From positions 22,059 through 86,058 of IMG/VR virus record IMGVR_UViG_3300042400_000421: 64,000 bases of DNA; one strand, written 5' to 3'. The position numbers and the translations under genes are program-made. Below the pieces are notes generated by a model that saw only the letters and a program-made list of their open reading frames with translations, was not told the DNA's origin and ran no database searches. The first letter of the stretch is position 1. Each line of letters begins with the position of its first letter. The stretch is from a virus. Shown piece after piece: positions 19,753-30,600 of this stretch.

Positions 19753-20697
19753 CTATATATGTGATTGTTTGTTTGTTAATGTGTTTATTATTTCTTCCTG
19801 TGTCATCTCTCCTGCGTCTTTTTTGTCCGCAGGCAATTGCACAGTGTAGAGGTCTTTACCGCTACAAGCAAATAGTATATCACGCTTCATGTACTCTCCT
19901 GCCTCATCATTGTCTGAAAATACAATTATTGAATCAAAATATTTTTTCAATAACTTGAACTGAAAATCAGAAATCTTTGAGCCAAGTGTAGCAACAACAT
20001 TGGGGAAACCAGCCTGATGAATGAACATTGCATCAATACTTCCTTCCACAACTATGCATGAATTATACTGTTTAGCATTTTGAATGTTAAATAAAACATT
20101 GGCTCTCTTAAAGCCTTTGTTGTACAAGTATCTTGGTTCTTGCTCGCTCTTTATAGCACGACCAATAAAACCAACAGCCTTATACTGTGCATCCCTAACA
20201 GGGATTACAACTCTCTCTTTTGCTGCCGAATATCCAACTTCAAAATGTTCTAATATATCATACTCCAAGCCTCTCTCATAGAGAGTTAAGAGTTTTTGTA
20301 AATCTTCATCATTGGTATAGTCAATTTCAACATCAGATATATTGAGTTGTTCTTCCTCAGCCTCTTCATAATTAAGTTCTCTATCAATATGATTCTGAAG
20401 AGCAACATGATCTAGCTTGATATCTTTACCAAAAGGTTTCCCAGTAACTTGTTTATACAAGTGCCTGAAGTTACCTTTTTTACCGCAAGATGGATTAAAG
20501 CATTGCCATAAACCAGTCTTGATGTTGATATAAAACGCTGGACTATGCAGATTTTTATGGAAAGGACAGAAGATATTTACTTCACTCATGCCCTCACTTT
20601 GGACATGAATGTTGTAGTCATTAAATAAATCTCTAATGTTCTTTTCGAGATTACTTGATGAAATGTAACTGGAATTTGAAAATGTTTGATTTCGCAT
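19753..20697 (-). CDS. dnaG: DNA primase
   Basis: CPFH...WQCF..C zinc finger; TOPRIM VVEGSIDA and DNDEAG. Confidence 0.93.
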   Translation of the reverse strand: MRNQTFSNSSYISSSNLEKNIRDLFNDYNIHVQSEGMSEVNIFCPFHKNLHSPAFYINIKTGLWQCFNPSCGKKGNFRHLYKQVTGKPFGKDIKLDHVALQNHIDRELNYEEAEEEQLNISDVEIDYTNDEDLQKLLTLYERGLEYDILEHFEVGYSAAKERVVIPVRDAQYKAVGFIGRAIKSEQEPRYLYNKGFKRANVLFNIQNAKQYNSCIVVEGSIDAMFIHQAGFPNVVATLGSKISDFQFKLLKKYFDSIIVFSDNDEAGEYMKRDILFACSGKDLYTVQLPADKKDAGEMTQEEIINTLTNKQSHI

Positions 20698-20839
20698 TAT
20701 AATCTGTTACCAATTTTGTTTTAATAAAGCTTCCATGAACGGCTCTCCATTCATCTTCTATCCAAGGTCTTAACCTTACAATAGTCTCAATATCTTGAGC
20801 CTCTCCATTAATGTATCTTTTGGGCATTATAGCTCCCAT
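20651..20839 (-). CDS. hypothetical protein
   Basis: Overlaps both the helicase and the primase. Confidence 0.55.
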   Translation of the reverse strand: MGAIMPKRYINGEAQDIETIVRLRPWIEDEWRAVHGSFIKTKLVTDYNAKSNIFKFQLHFIK

Positions 20840-22044
20840 TCTTCATTCCACTTTCCTGTTTCAAGGTTCCATCTAAGATAGAAACCAAATTGTGTTGATC
20901 TTCTTACTTTTCGTGATACAACCTGAAAAACATCAGAGTTATATTCACGATGAATTGCTAATACTAAGTCGGCATCATAGGCCAACTGCTTACTCCATGC
21001 TACTTCTTCAAGTTCAGGTGGTCGCTCTGAGTGACCCTCATTCATTGTTACAGCAGCAACATCGATAATGGGGATACCATTCTTAACAGCCATACGCTTG
21101 AATGCTTTAGAAAGGTTCTTTGCCTTTTCTGTTTCATTCTTTGCGCCAGTCGCATCATCAAATAGGCCGTGATAGTCAAGAATAACCATGTCCGGATGAT
21201 ACTGGTCAATCTTTGCTTGAACCATATTTTGGTCAGCAGATTCTAACCCCTCTGATGTCACCAAATAGATTGGATGCTTACCCTCAAATGTATTCTCAGC
21301 CCATACTGCATAGTCATCCACAATGCTTCTGTTGGCTTTTACAAGGTCTGTATTGGTAAAGTGCCCCTCGCCGTTATTTAAAAGCGTGTCCAGTCTCTGA
21401 CCTTCCTGTTGTTTATTCATTTCTAATGAAATAATCAAAGGTCGGTATCCTGCCCGCCATGCATTTACTGCAAATAAACGAGCAATAAAACTTTTACCAA
21501 CGCCAGTCCAACCAAGAAGAACAACAAAGTCTCCCGGTTGCCAACCGCCGAAAGACTTATCAAGAACTTTAATTCCACTAGGTATTCCAGGAATATCTCT
21601 TGACTCTTCTAGTGATCTTCTTTTTAAATCGCTAGCTCTATCTTTCCACTCACTTACAAGGTCAGTATCCTTAAGACTACTGGAGAACTTATATAATTGA
21701 GATGTTGATTGCATGAGATATGCCATAGCCTCTTTAGGGCCCATATCCTTAAGCATATTATTGGCTTTAGAAATAATCTGCCGTGTTTGATACGACAAAG
21801 ATTCTTTCTTTGCTTCTATTAAGTAATAACTTAATGGTTCAGGAGTATTGATAAACTCAAAGTCTGGATAGTGGTGTTTTACCGTATCCTTTGAAGGAGT
21901 CTTTTTATGCTCGTCATAATGTTGCACTACGAAGTTCCAAATGTCACGATGTTCAACAAAGACATTTTCAATGCCCTCATTAACCGCCTCAACATAGTTA
22001 CCCGAATTAAGTAAAGAGTTAATAACTCTTATTTCATAATTCAT
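20827..22044 (-). CDS. dnaB: replicative DnaB-like helicase
   Basis: GWTGVGKS, SLEM, ILDY, YDADLV. Confidence 0.93.
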   Translation of the reverse strand: MNYEIRVINSLLNSGNYVEAVNEGIENVFVEHRDIWNFVVQHYDEHKKTPSKDTVKHHYPDFEFINTPEPLSYYLIEAKKESLSYQTRQIISKANNMLKDMGPKEAMAYLMQSTSQLYKFSSSLKDTDLVSEWKDRASDLKRRSLEESRDIPGIPSGIKVLDKSFGGWQPGDFVVLLGWTGVGKSFIARLFAVNAWRAGYRPLIISLEMNKQQEGQRLDTLLNNGEGHFTNTDLVKANRSIVDDYAVWAENTFEGKHPIYLVTSEGLESADQNMVQAKIDQYHPDMVILDYHGLFDDATGAKNETEKAKNLSKAFKRMAVKNGIPIIDVAAVTMNEGHSERPPELEEVAWSKQLAYDADLVLAIHREYNSDVFQVVSRKVRRSTQFGFYLRWNLETGKWNEEWEL

Positions 22045-22342
22045 TTTCCATTCGCTTTCTTGTTTCTTCTAATATTTCTTGGAATCTGTTATCAGACTTG
22101 TTGTTGAACTGCACTCTGTCTATATGTGTTTTAGATTCAATTGCAAAATCAAATACTAAAACCGGCCCTGTCTTCCCTTTGACAAAAGATTCAATAGCTT
22201 TAAACAATAGTTCTGATTCATAAAACTCAGATATTGCTTTGGCTACTGGCTCTTGTCTAGGGGAGTCAGGAATAAATAGCTTAGAGTGCTTTTTGCAACA
22301 ATCCTGAAAGAATAGAATCGTCTGCTCTCCAGTTGCTTTCAT
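22034..22342 (-). CDS. hypothetical protein
   Basis: Coupled ORF upstream of the helicase. Confidence 0.6.
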   Translation of the reverse strand: MKATGEQTILFFQDCCKKHSKLFIPDSPRQEPVAKAISEFYESELLFKAIESFVKGKTGPVLVFDFAIESKTHIDRVQFNNKSDNRFQEILEETRKRMENEL

Positions 22343-22577
22343 TTTCCCTCGTTGCTTCTTGCCAAGTGTGGACTAGGTAATCATACTCGGAGATACCGGC
22401 AATTACCCCAACAAAAGAGGTATTTTTTAAAGCAGTAATTAGACATTCTTTTTTGACAGTACATCTTGAGCAGCCTTCTTTTGCATACTCAACTTCTTTA
22501 ATGTCATAAGATAACCAACTACTTGCTTTGGCATCACCTGTGCAGATTGCTTTAGATCTCCAATTACTTTGCATCAT
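22281..22577 (-). CDS. whiB: WhiB-family Fe-S transcription factor (divergent)
   Basis: WRSKAIC...AKEGCSRCTVKKECL...GVIAG four-Cys WhiB spacing. Confidence 0.8.
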   Translation of the reverse strand: MMQSNWRSKAICTGDAKASSWLSYDIKEVEYAKEGCSRCTVKKECLITALKNTSFVGVIAGISEYDYLVHTWQEATRENESNWRADDSILSGLLQKAL

Positions 22578-22761
22578 CTAATTCTTGAAGCTTTGCCTCA
22601 ATTTGCATATCAATGGAATCCCATAACTTCTTCCACGAAGCCTCATCATCCAACGATGGTGCCATTGTTTTAGCACCTGCGTCAAGACGAAGTGACTCGT
22701 AGTTTCCAAGGTTCTTGGTGATTCCAAGGGATGCCCATATTTCTACTTTTTCTTCACTCAT
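22564..22761 (-). CDS. small phage hypothetical protein
   Basis: NLGNYESLRLDAG motif; coupled ORF. Confidence 0.65.
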   Translation of the reverse strand: MSEEKVEIWASLGITKNLGNYESLRLDAGAKTMAPSLDDEASWKKLWDSIDMQIEAKLQELDDAK

Positions 22762-23192
22762 AACTTTAACTTTACCTTTTCCTGTATTGTTTTAATTTTG
22801 GCATTGATGCCAATATTTTTTTCTTGTGTTGGTCTACCGGGTGTTCTATCATTAAAGAATTCAATCATTTCATAAACATCTGATTCTTCATAATAGCGCC
22901 AATTCTGGTAGCTCTTATACTTTTCACCAAATTTACTTGGCTCTGGTATTAGATTCTTTTTTTCATATTTTCTAATTGTGTCAGTTCTACGCTCAACAAT
23001 TTTAGCAACTTCTCCAACAGTATATAGCCTGATTAGGAGAAGTTCTGACTGCTGATACGGAATTAAAATGTTTTCTCCATTATCAAGTCTTTCAGCATAA
23101 ATTTTATTGCTATTTTTATTTACTTTCTTTAACTTAACGATAGTATCAGAATAGCGATAAAACTTATTTAGGACTGGTTTTTTTGTAATCAT
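22758..23192 (-). CDS. MerR-like HTH DNA-binding protein
   Basis: YTVGEVAKIVERRTDTIRKYEKKNLIP...WRYY. Confidence 0.85.
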   Translation of the reverse strand: MITKKPVLNKFYRYSDTIVKLKKVNKNSNKIYAERLDNGENILIPYQQSELLLIRLYTVGEVAKIVERRTDTIRKYEKKNLIPEPSKFGEKYKSYQNWRYYEESDVYEMIEFFNDRTPGRPTQEKNIGINAKIKTIQEKVKLKL

Positions 23193-23376
23193 TCCTTGCC
23201 CTCTTTCCTTGCTTTAGTTTCTCTAAAAATAATTCTAGTTTTGCAACTTCTATATCCTTAGTATCACCACACACAACGCATGTAACATCTACATAATAAG
23301 TTCCATTGGCATAGTAATCTGCACCAATAAACTTTTGCTGTCCACATTTAGAACATTGCAATCTTATGTTTCTCAT
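23164..23376 (-). CDS. Zn-ribbon protein
   Basis: CSKCG...CVVCG. Confidence 0.65.
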   Translation of the reverse strand: MRNIRLQCSKCGQQKFIGADYYANGTYYVDVTCVVCGDTKDIEVAKLELFLEKLKQGKRARNDYKKTSPK

Positions 23377-23382
23377 AGAATT

Positions 23383-24549
23383 TTAATCAAGCCAGCATGT
23401 ATATTCTGCTGTAACAATTCCTCTTTCTGGATGAACAAACATCAACGGTTGAGATGCTTGACCGATAGCAGCAAGACTCTCCATAGCGTAAGTATTAGTT
23501 GACTCAGGGCTTCCTGAGATACGACACTGCACACTGTTAAATGTCATCTTAGTTGGGGTATGGAAATGACCAAAGTAAACATCATCAAATGGCTCTTCAA
23601 TTGCTCCAACTTTCCATCCAAAGATTTTCTTTTGGAATGAATAAAAAGTTGAAAGACTGCCAAATTGATCACCGTGAATAAGCAATGACTTATAGTTGCC
23701 AATTGTATCAATTGCGTACCAGTTTCTTTCTCCACGACCATCGGGGATGTGGAACTTAATACGCTTTTCATTCTCAAACATAAGTTGAAGAATCCTATAA
23801 AGCATACGATCACCATTAGTTTCAGGATCATGGTCACGCCTTGCACGACCTCCAACTGAGCCATGATTACCAATTACACCAACAAATGTAACTGTCTCAA
23901 AATTCTCAAGCATTTTAGTAACAAAGTTCTTTAAAATTCTTGGCCCATCAACAGTAATTTGACGATATAAACCACCATCAATTAAAAATGATTGACCAGG
24001 GAAAATTAATTCTCCCTCAATAATGTCTCCTAATGCCCAAATATGCAAGTGCTTAACTGGGTGTTCTGCTCTTTGAATTTCTGTCAACTTAATAACAGTT
24101 TCTGCATACTGCTCAATTCTGCGCTCACATATTTCAGAGTTATAAGTAGGTGTTACCTTAGCAAGTTGCCAGTCTGCTAGAACAGCAACAGCAACTTCCT
24201 CAGAAGCCTTTCTCTTATCTTTTGCAGGAGTTGGAATGCGATCAATTTTATTGTCCGCAATGTCCTCTTTTACTGCACGATAAACGGCACTTGCAAGTTC
24301 AGTACTCTTGCCCTTAAGTTTTTCATACTCTTGCAAAAGCTTTGCATATGAAACCTTAAGTTCTGATTCATTTGTCGGTGTTTTTCCAACCACCGGATTT
24401 ACAGGGATTTCCACAAATCCATTTTCTTTTCTAAATTTACACAGACCCATTGAGTCAATAGACTTTCTACAACTTGCATCTGCGTATTTTTGGTTTTGTG
24501 TATTTGGTTCAAAGGTCTGATTACAGCCTTCTGCTCCACATTCTTTCAT
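23383..24549 (-). CDS. calcineurin-like metallophosphoesterase with N-terminal Zn finger
   Basis: ADWQ, LGDIIEG, GNHG, IHGD, GHFH. Confidence 0.85.
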   Translation of the reverse strand: MKECGAEGCNQTFEPNTQNQKYADASCRKSIDSMGLCKFRKENGFVEIPVNPVVGKTPTNESELKVSYAKLLQEYEKLKGKSTELASAVYRAVKEDIADNKIDRIPTPAKDKRKASEEVAVAVLADWQLAKVTPTYNSEICERRIEQYAETVIKLTEIQRAEHPVKHLHIWALGDIIEGELIFPGQSFLIDGGLYRQITVDGPRILKNFVTKMLENFETVTFVGVIGNHGSVGGRARRDHDPETNGDRMLYRILQLMFENEKRIKFHIPDGRGERNWYAIDTIGNYKSLLIHGDQFGSLSTFYSFQKKIFGWKVGAIEEPFDDVYFGHFHTPTKMTFNSVQCRISGSPESTNTYAMESLAAIGQASQPLMFVHPERGIVTAEYTCWLD

Positions 24550-24590
24550 TCGGACTCCTTCGTAGTCTCGAATATCATACCATAGGAAAG

Positions 24591-25028
24591 TTAGATATTT
24601 GACCTTTTAAGTCTATTTTCTATGGGTTTATTTTGAGCATGATTTCTCTTTTTAGTATGGGGTTTTGTATTCTTTACAGTCTCTCTCATCTTTGTTTTAT
24701 GAGCAGCTGAGGACTTATGACCTTCTTTATGCAATGCACTATGTTCTATATGAGTACATAAAAAAAGATTATCTAAACGATTGTCATCTTTAATTTCATT
24801 AATATGATGGACCGTTTCCCAAGGCTGCAAATAGCGTTGCACGTACTCTTCCATAACAAGTCTATGCTCATAAGCATAACCACGAATATTCTTTGGGTGA
24901 TCTGTTTTTAATACCCTGACGTAACCTTTATCGTCAATGTACTTTCCACCATTATAGTTTGCACTATCTTCGCCAGAAGGCGGTTTGTCTGACCAACTCA
25001 CATCTTTACGCTGTGATGCAAGAGCCAA
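24591..25028 (-). CDS. HNH endonuclease (possible homing endonuclease)
   Basis: EHRLVME...VHHINEIKDDNRLDNL. Confidence 0.88.
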   Translation of the reverse strand: MALASQRKDVSWSDKPPSGEDSANYNGGKYIDDKGYVRVLKTDHPKNIRGYAYEHRLVMEEYVQRYLQPWETVHHINEIKDDNRLDNLFLCTHIEHSALHKEGHKSSAAHKTKMRETVKNTKPHTKKRNHAQNKPIENRLKRSNI

Positions 25029-25030
25029 GG

Positions 25031-25672
25031 TTATGCAACTCCACCGATATCTTCGATATAGAATTGAACTAGTGACGAATCAGTAAGCGCCCATGTACTT
25101 GGGTTTGCAGAACTTGCACCAGCGATTCTTTGTACTTCAATAAAGAATGATTCGTTAACTTCATCTGAAGAATAAATTGAAGAGTAAACTCCAGCCCCAA
25201 AAGTCTTTCCAGTTCTTAAAGTTGTATTTGCAATATTCGCACCACCACTGACTAAGTTGATAAAAGTTCCAATTCCAGAATTAAGTGTGTATGTTGTTAT
25301 TGTATTACCACTACTTACTCCATTTCCTTTGCAAAACCTAATCTCGTATCGGCTATCTTCTCCACCAGAACTCGCTTGGGTTATTCCAGGAAGATGAAGA
25401 GTTAATCTATAATATCTTGTTGACTCAACTGTAACACGATTATCAGCACCTCCGACTAAATCAAGAGAGGCTAATTTGACATTGGCAAACTCTGCTGAGA
25501 CTGAGGAGCCATTAGTAATGACAGTATTAGAAATTTTAAGAAGACCTTTAGGCTTATCTTCATTAAAAATTTTAACCTGCTCAATATTAGTAGACATCTG
25601 GTTAAGACGAACGCTACTAATCGGGGTTAAATCTGTCCATGTAACAAGGGAGTAGTTTGTATAGTCAGCCAT
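25031..25672 (-). CDS. putative virion/tail-associated protein
   Basis: N-terminal W...TPIS..RLNQM..NI tail-fibre-like motif; beta-rich. Confidence 0.55.
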   Translation of the reverse strand: MADYTNYSLVTWTDLTPISSVRLNQMSTNIEQVKIFNEDKPKGLLKISNTVITNGSSVSAEFANVKLASLDLVGGADNRVTVESTRYYRLTLHLPGITQASSGGEDSRYEIRFCKGNGVSSGNTITTYTLNSGIGTFINLVSGGANIANTTLRTGKTFGAGVYSSIYSSDEVNESFFIEVQRIAGASSANPSTWALTDSSLVQFYIEDIGGVA

Positions 25673-25681
25673 ATCTATCTA

Positions 25682-27619
25682 TTATACACCTTCTGAAGTT
25701 TGTCCGCTGCTCTCTAGCTCTTCAACTCTTGCTGTCAATTCTTGAATAGCTCTAACTGCAATCGACATAATTGCATTCTCTTTATACATTGTAGGCTTAA
25801 TATCTTCAAAATCTTCTTCTAAAGAAAAAGGTGTTCTATCGACACGATCAAATTTTCCAGGATCAGTCGCTTCATATGACAATAGTGACACATCTATTTG
25901 GTCTTGAACTTCTTCAATGTCTTCAATAATAAACCCGGCTTCAGTACTGAGTTGTCTAAGAGCATAAGTGTAGTCAGTATCCCTTTCATTGCGCTTCACT
26001 GTGAACTTGACTGGGCGCAACTTCTTTAATATGTTCGTAGCAGCAACGCTAGGGTCTTCATCAAAATACTCAATGTTTTCTTTAATTGCTCGTGTTGACG
26101 ATCTGAAATAAAGAAATCCGTCTAATCTAAGCACAGCGCTTCCACCAGTAGCTAGACCCGGAAACTGTGAACAGGAAACAAAGCCATTGGCTCTTGTTGA
26201 TAAGGCAATACCCCCACCACTTCTTTGTGATTCAAACATGATGCCTTCAGCGTCATTACCTTGGCTTGTTGTCAAAGAGAAATTAGAAACAGTTGCGCCC
26301 CCCAATGGCATCAATGATGGTTTAGAAGTTATTTCCGAATATGAATGTGTATGACTAGAAGTTGCATATGTATTTGCAACACCGCCATAAACTTGAAGTG
26401 TTCCACCGCTTGTGATGCAAACTAACTTATTGCTAGATGTTGTGGATGGATCATCATATAAAGCAGTCGCATTGACCACACGCATGGTTCCGGTTGAAAC
26501 GCTGTCAGAGTCTCCACCAAGATATGTGTATGTGCCTCTTCCTCTAATTCCATAACCAGAACCGACCCAGATATTAGTAGCTGACTCAAGATACAGCCCC
26601 GCACGAATTACGGATGATGTTATAGAGCTAGTAAGATCAGTTCCATTTGTCGTTCCTCTTACGGTTATTCCAGCGTCAGTATCATTTATATCGACATTTA
26701 CCCAATAATCATTACCAATAATATTATCAACATATTTATAGGCTATAAAATGTCCAGAAGCGTCTATTTTTACATATTCTCCAACTGCACTAAGTGCAAC
26801 TTCATCACCTGCTACCAAGTTACCACCAGTAACATCTAAACCGCCAACAGAACCTGCTGCTAAAGCACCTCTGACAGTTACATTATTAAATTCAGCATTT
26901 CCATCTGCGCCTATTCTAAACCCAGCAGAGCCAGCAGAAAAACCATTACTTTGAATTTCACTTGCATTAATATTAATACCACCAATGAAACCATCAGTAA
27001 TTGCATCGCCATTGTCAAAAGTGCCAGGCGTTGAACCATCAGGAAATTGCAGAGTTCCTTTTATTGTCAAGGTACTTCCATTCCAAGTAAAATTGCTTCC
27101 TAAAGAAAAATATCCACCTATGTTTGCAAATATTGGCGTATTAGTGTTTGCATAAACACCAGTTCCAGCAACTAAGTTTCCTCTAATCTGAATGTTATTA
27201 AAAATTCCAGTACCATTACTGTAAATAGCCCATCCAGTTTGAGTTGTTGTATTGTTAATAAAGTTATTACTTCTAATAATATTATTAACTAATACAATAT
27301 TAGAGGATAACTCATCTGCCGTAATAGTTCCTGCAATAATCTCTCTGGCAGAAATGGCATTGGCCTGAATGCGAATACCTGCAGGATTTAAAACCCTACC
27401 CTCAATAGTGTCAATAATAAAAGTTTTAAGAACATTTTTATTATTCTGCTGTCTTGCAGACCTAGAAGTATCTCTAGCGTTTTCAGTAGCAACAAAATCA
27501 AACATTGAATATTTTGATGTATCAATCAGTGTAGAGGTAAGACCATCATGCTTATGCCCCTCAACCCTTTTAAAAGTTACTTGGCCTTCACTTATTACAA
27601 CATTAGATTTAGCAGCCAT
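25682..27619 (-). CDS. tail fibre/spike with C-terminal intramolecular chaperone (S74-like)
   Basis: SSTRAIKENI...LRPVKF...GFIIED...AIQELTARVEELE; Gly/Asn-rich beta repeats. Confidence 0.85.
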   Translation of the reverse strand: MAAKSNVVISEGQVTFKRVEGHKHDGLTSTLIDTSKYSMFDFVATENARDTSRSARQQNNKNVLKTFIIDTIEGRVLNPAGIRIQANAISAREIIAGTITADELSSNIVLVNNIIRSNNFINNTTTQTGWAIYSNGTGIFNNIQIRGNLVAGTGVYANTNTPIFANIGGYFSLGSNFTWNGSTLTIKGTLQFPDGSTPGTFDNGDAITDGFIGGININASEIQSNGFSAGSAGFRIGADGNAEFNNVTVRGALAAGSVGGLDVTGGNLVAGDEVALSAVGEYVKIDASGHFIAYKYVDNIIGNDYWVNVDINDTDAGITVRGTTNGTDLTSSITSSVIRAGLYLESATNIWVGSGYGIRGRGTYTYLGGDSDSVSTGTMRVVNATALYDDPSTTSSNKLVCITSGGTLQVYGGVANTYATSSHTHSYSEITSKPSLMPLGGATVSNFSLTTSQGNDAEGIMFESQRSGGGIALSTRANGFVSCSQFPGLATGGSAVLRLDGFLYFRSSTRAIKENIEYFDEDPSVAATNILKKLRPVKFTVKRNERDTDYTYALRQLSTEAGFIIEDIEEVQDQIDVSLLSYEATDPGKFDRVDRTPFSLEEDFEDIKPTMYKENAIMSIAVRAIQELTARVEELESSGQTSEGV

Positions 27620-30600
27620 TAAACAACCTTCCTTAAAACAAGAGAATGAGATATAGACTCACCATAAGAGAATTCTTGTGATGTAACCCAATACTCTCCA
27701 TCAATTATATCAAATGCATCTAATGCACCAATCTTAATACGATCCCCAAGCTGAATTGTTGGAATTGCCATTATGCTGACATTGATAATAGGGACTGGCT
27801 CACTCATCTTTTCAATGATAAATTTAGCAATCTTGCTGGCATGCTCAAGTGATGTTATGTATGGGCTATCAATAGTTAATTCTTTTAATCCATATTTTCT
27901 TATATTCTCTTGGAGCAATTCTGTCTGTTCGCTCACTTGCTCAGTGCTTGAAACAACTGTGACTGGAATGCCAGAAATGGAGGTAAAATATTCCTTCTCA
28001 CTGATGGGGTCTTTCCCTTGTGCGTAAACAATTGCACCATAGTCGTTTTGATCAGAAGCTGCGATAACTAATTTTGCACTATAGCCACTATACTCAAACT
28101 TAAGAATATTGATTATATCTGGATTTTCATCATTAATACCAATAATAAAAGGTTGATTAACACCAATTGCCGGAGATTTATCATAGTTAATCTGAAAATA
28201 TCTTGCTTCTCTAACCTTTGTGTCGGCATCAAAGGCAAGAGCAGTCGTGTCAAACTGAGCTCTTTCAACCTCAAGAAATGATGTGTCAGTTTTAGATTTA
28301 TATTTAATAATCTCAGTTTTAACTTCTGAACTCACAGTTTTGCTTAGTGCTAAATATCCAGTGTTAGAAAATATAGGGTCAGTTGTAGTAGATACAGGAA
28401 TCAATGTATCGTCTAGTGTAATGTCAGATGTTAATTTTACAACTGCTAAAGTAGTAGGGCTAGGTGCAGTCCAAAGAGGTTGAGTACCTGAGTCAATATT
28501 TGCAACCGAACTAATTTTTACAACAACTTTATTAGTCTGCAATTGGCTAGTGTAATCACTACTTATAATGTCTGATGAATCATTGATTGTATATTGGACA
28601 TTTGCATGTTGATCAATTGATTCCTCAAAGAAGCGATTATATGACTCATATCTAGCATAACCTTCTTCATCAATATAGAAACGACCTAAATCTCCGAGAG
28701 TAATTGCATCAACTGCTTCTCTGATATGCCCAATTCCTGAGTATAGGAATGGGAATGTTTGAGGAGTGTCAACCTGTGATGATATATATCTATTAAGGAC
28801 ATCTGCAGCAGACAAAGTTTTTTTATAGATAGCAAATTCATCAAATATAAAATCACGGCCTGTTACGATTGGGACTTCTCCAACTCCCGCAGTAAATGAA
28901 GCACCTCGCCCCCCGATTGTAATATCACCTGTTTGTGTAACAATATTTCCAACAAGAGTTGTTTGCCCTTCCATTGAGCCATTTAGGTAATATTTTAATT
29001 TTTTATCATCAGTATTATATGTTGCAACAATATGATAAAAAGTATCATTAATTAGCTCAGATGTTCCAGTTGCTGAATAAGTTCCGGAAGATGTTTTTAT
29101 CTTAATACCATGTGATGAATCATCATTGAAATAAAACTCATACCCATTTGCTGGAGATGAATTTGCCCATGTTGACAAGTACTCTCCTGAACCAGTTGTA
29201 AAATGACCGTCATAAAATTTAGCAATAAGTTCAATAGAGAAATCTTTTTCACTTATAGTAATTGATGAATGGTTTGGAATTCTTACATAGCCATTATCAA
29301 TTAATAGAATTCCACGATTATTTTCCTCAGTTGTAATGCTGTCAGCATAGGCTAACTGAACATTGGAAGATAAAAAACCATCGTTTTGATGATGACTTAA
29401 TGCGACATTACCAATGCTGTATGAACCAAGTGCTTCGTTGGAATTACGCCCCCCTAACCCATCTCTTGCGACTACGGATCTAACTTCAGAACTTGGCATA
29501 AGCGTATATGCTAAAGATGAATTCCCCCTGTAAAGACCGATAGAGAAGTTTGCATCGCCAGAGCCATGCCAAAATTCAACCCTTAAGCGATAGGGGATAC
29601 CGGCTTCTAGATTTAAAAAACTATTACCTCTAAAAGTGTAGGCTGAAAAGTCAGCAGAGGAAGTTGCATCTCTCCTAGTATCAATAATAAGTAAATCATC
29701 TAAATAAACTCTTGCCCCGCCATTTGCAATCCTAAGCATTAAGTCTTGATTGCCACTATTTAATGGCATGTAATAACCATCAACAACTCCATTAAAGTAT
29801 TTTGTAAAAGTCTCTGAGGTTAATATTGAAGTAAAAGTATAGTTACTATATGATAGTGCGTGAACTGCTGAACCGGGGTTCTCTGTTGTTAAAACTGTAT
29901 TGTCAGGTGTTGAAAAAGATTTGACACCTGCAATCTTCTCTTCAATAGAAAGATTCTTTTCAAGAACATCAACTTTTATATTCTTATATTCTTCTAACTT
30001 ATCGCTTCTCATTCCCCAAAAGCGAGCTCTTAATCCTGGTTCTAATGATGCAATAGAGCCTGTCTTGTCAATTGAGTTCTCACTAAATGAATAACTAGCA
30101 ACTGCTCCATAATTAACACCATCTTTTGAATAAGCGGATGTTTGTTTAAATTTACTCTTTGGAAAATTAGCTTGCATTAAAAGATTCAATACACCACTCC
30201 CTACCGTTGAGTTTTCAACAAGAAAGCCATTTGTTAAGTTCTTCTCAGAAAGGAACTTAGAAAAATCACTAGCTTTAATTGAAACAGTCATGTCAGAAGT
30301 TGAAGATGCCCATTCGTCTACATAATATGTTCCCATATCTACATATTCATAAGGATCAAATTGAACGATTGCGCTGTCAGCATGGGCTATAGGGTCAGAG
30401 TCGTAATATCCACGCTCTAGAAAACTTACCGTATTTGTACCAGTTACGGTGTTACAAAGTATAATTTCGCGGCTCTCGTTGTCTGGGTCAATAGTGACAT
30501 AGAAAGAGCCTGACGGGCCTCCTGATGGGAATATGGCGGTATCTAGCACCGTCATTGAAGTCGCAGAATTAGAGAGGCTTTCTGCCAAATGGGTGTGAGA

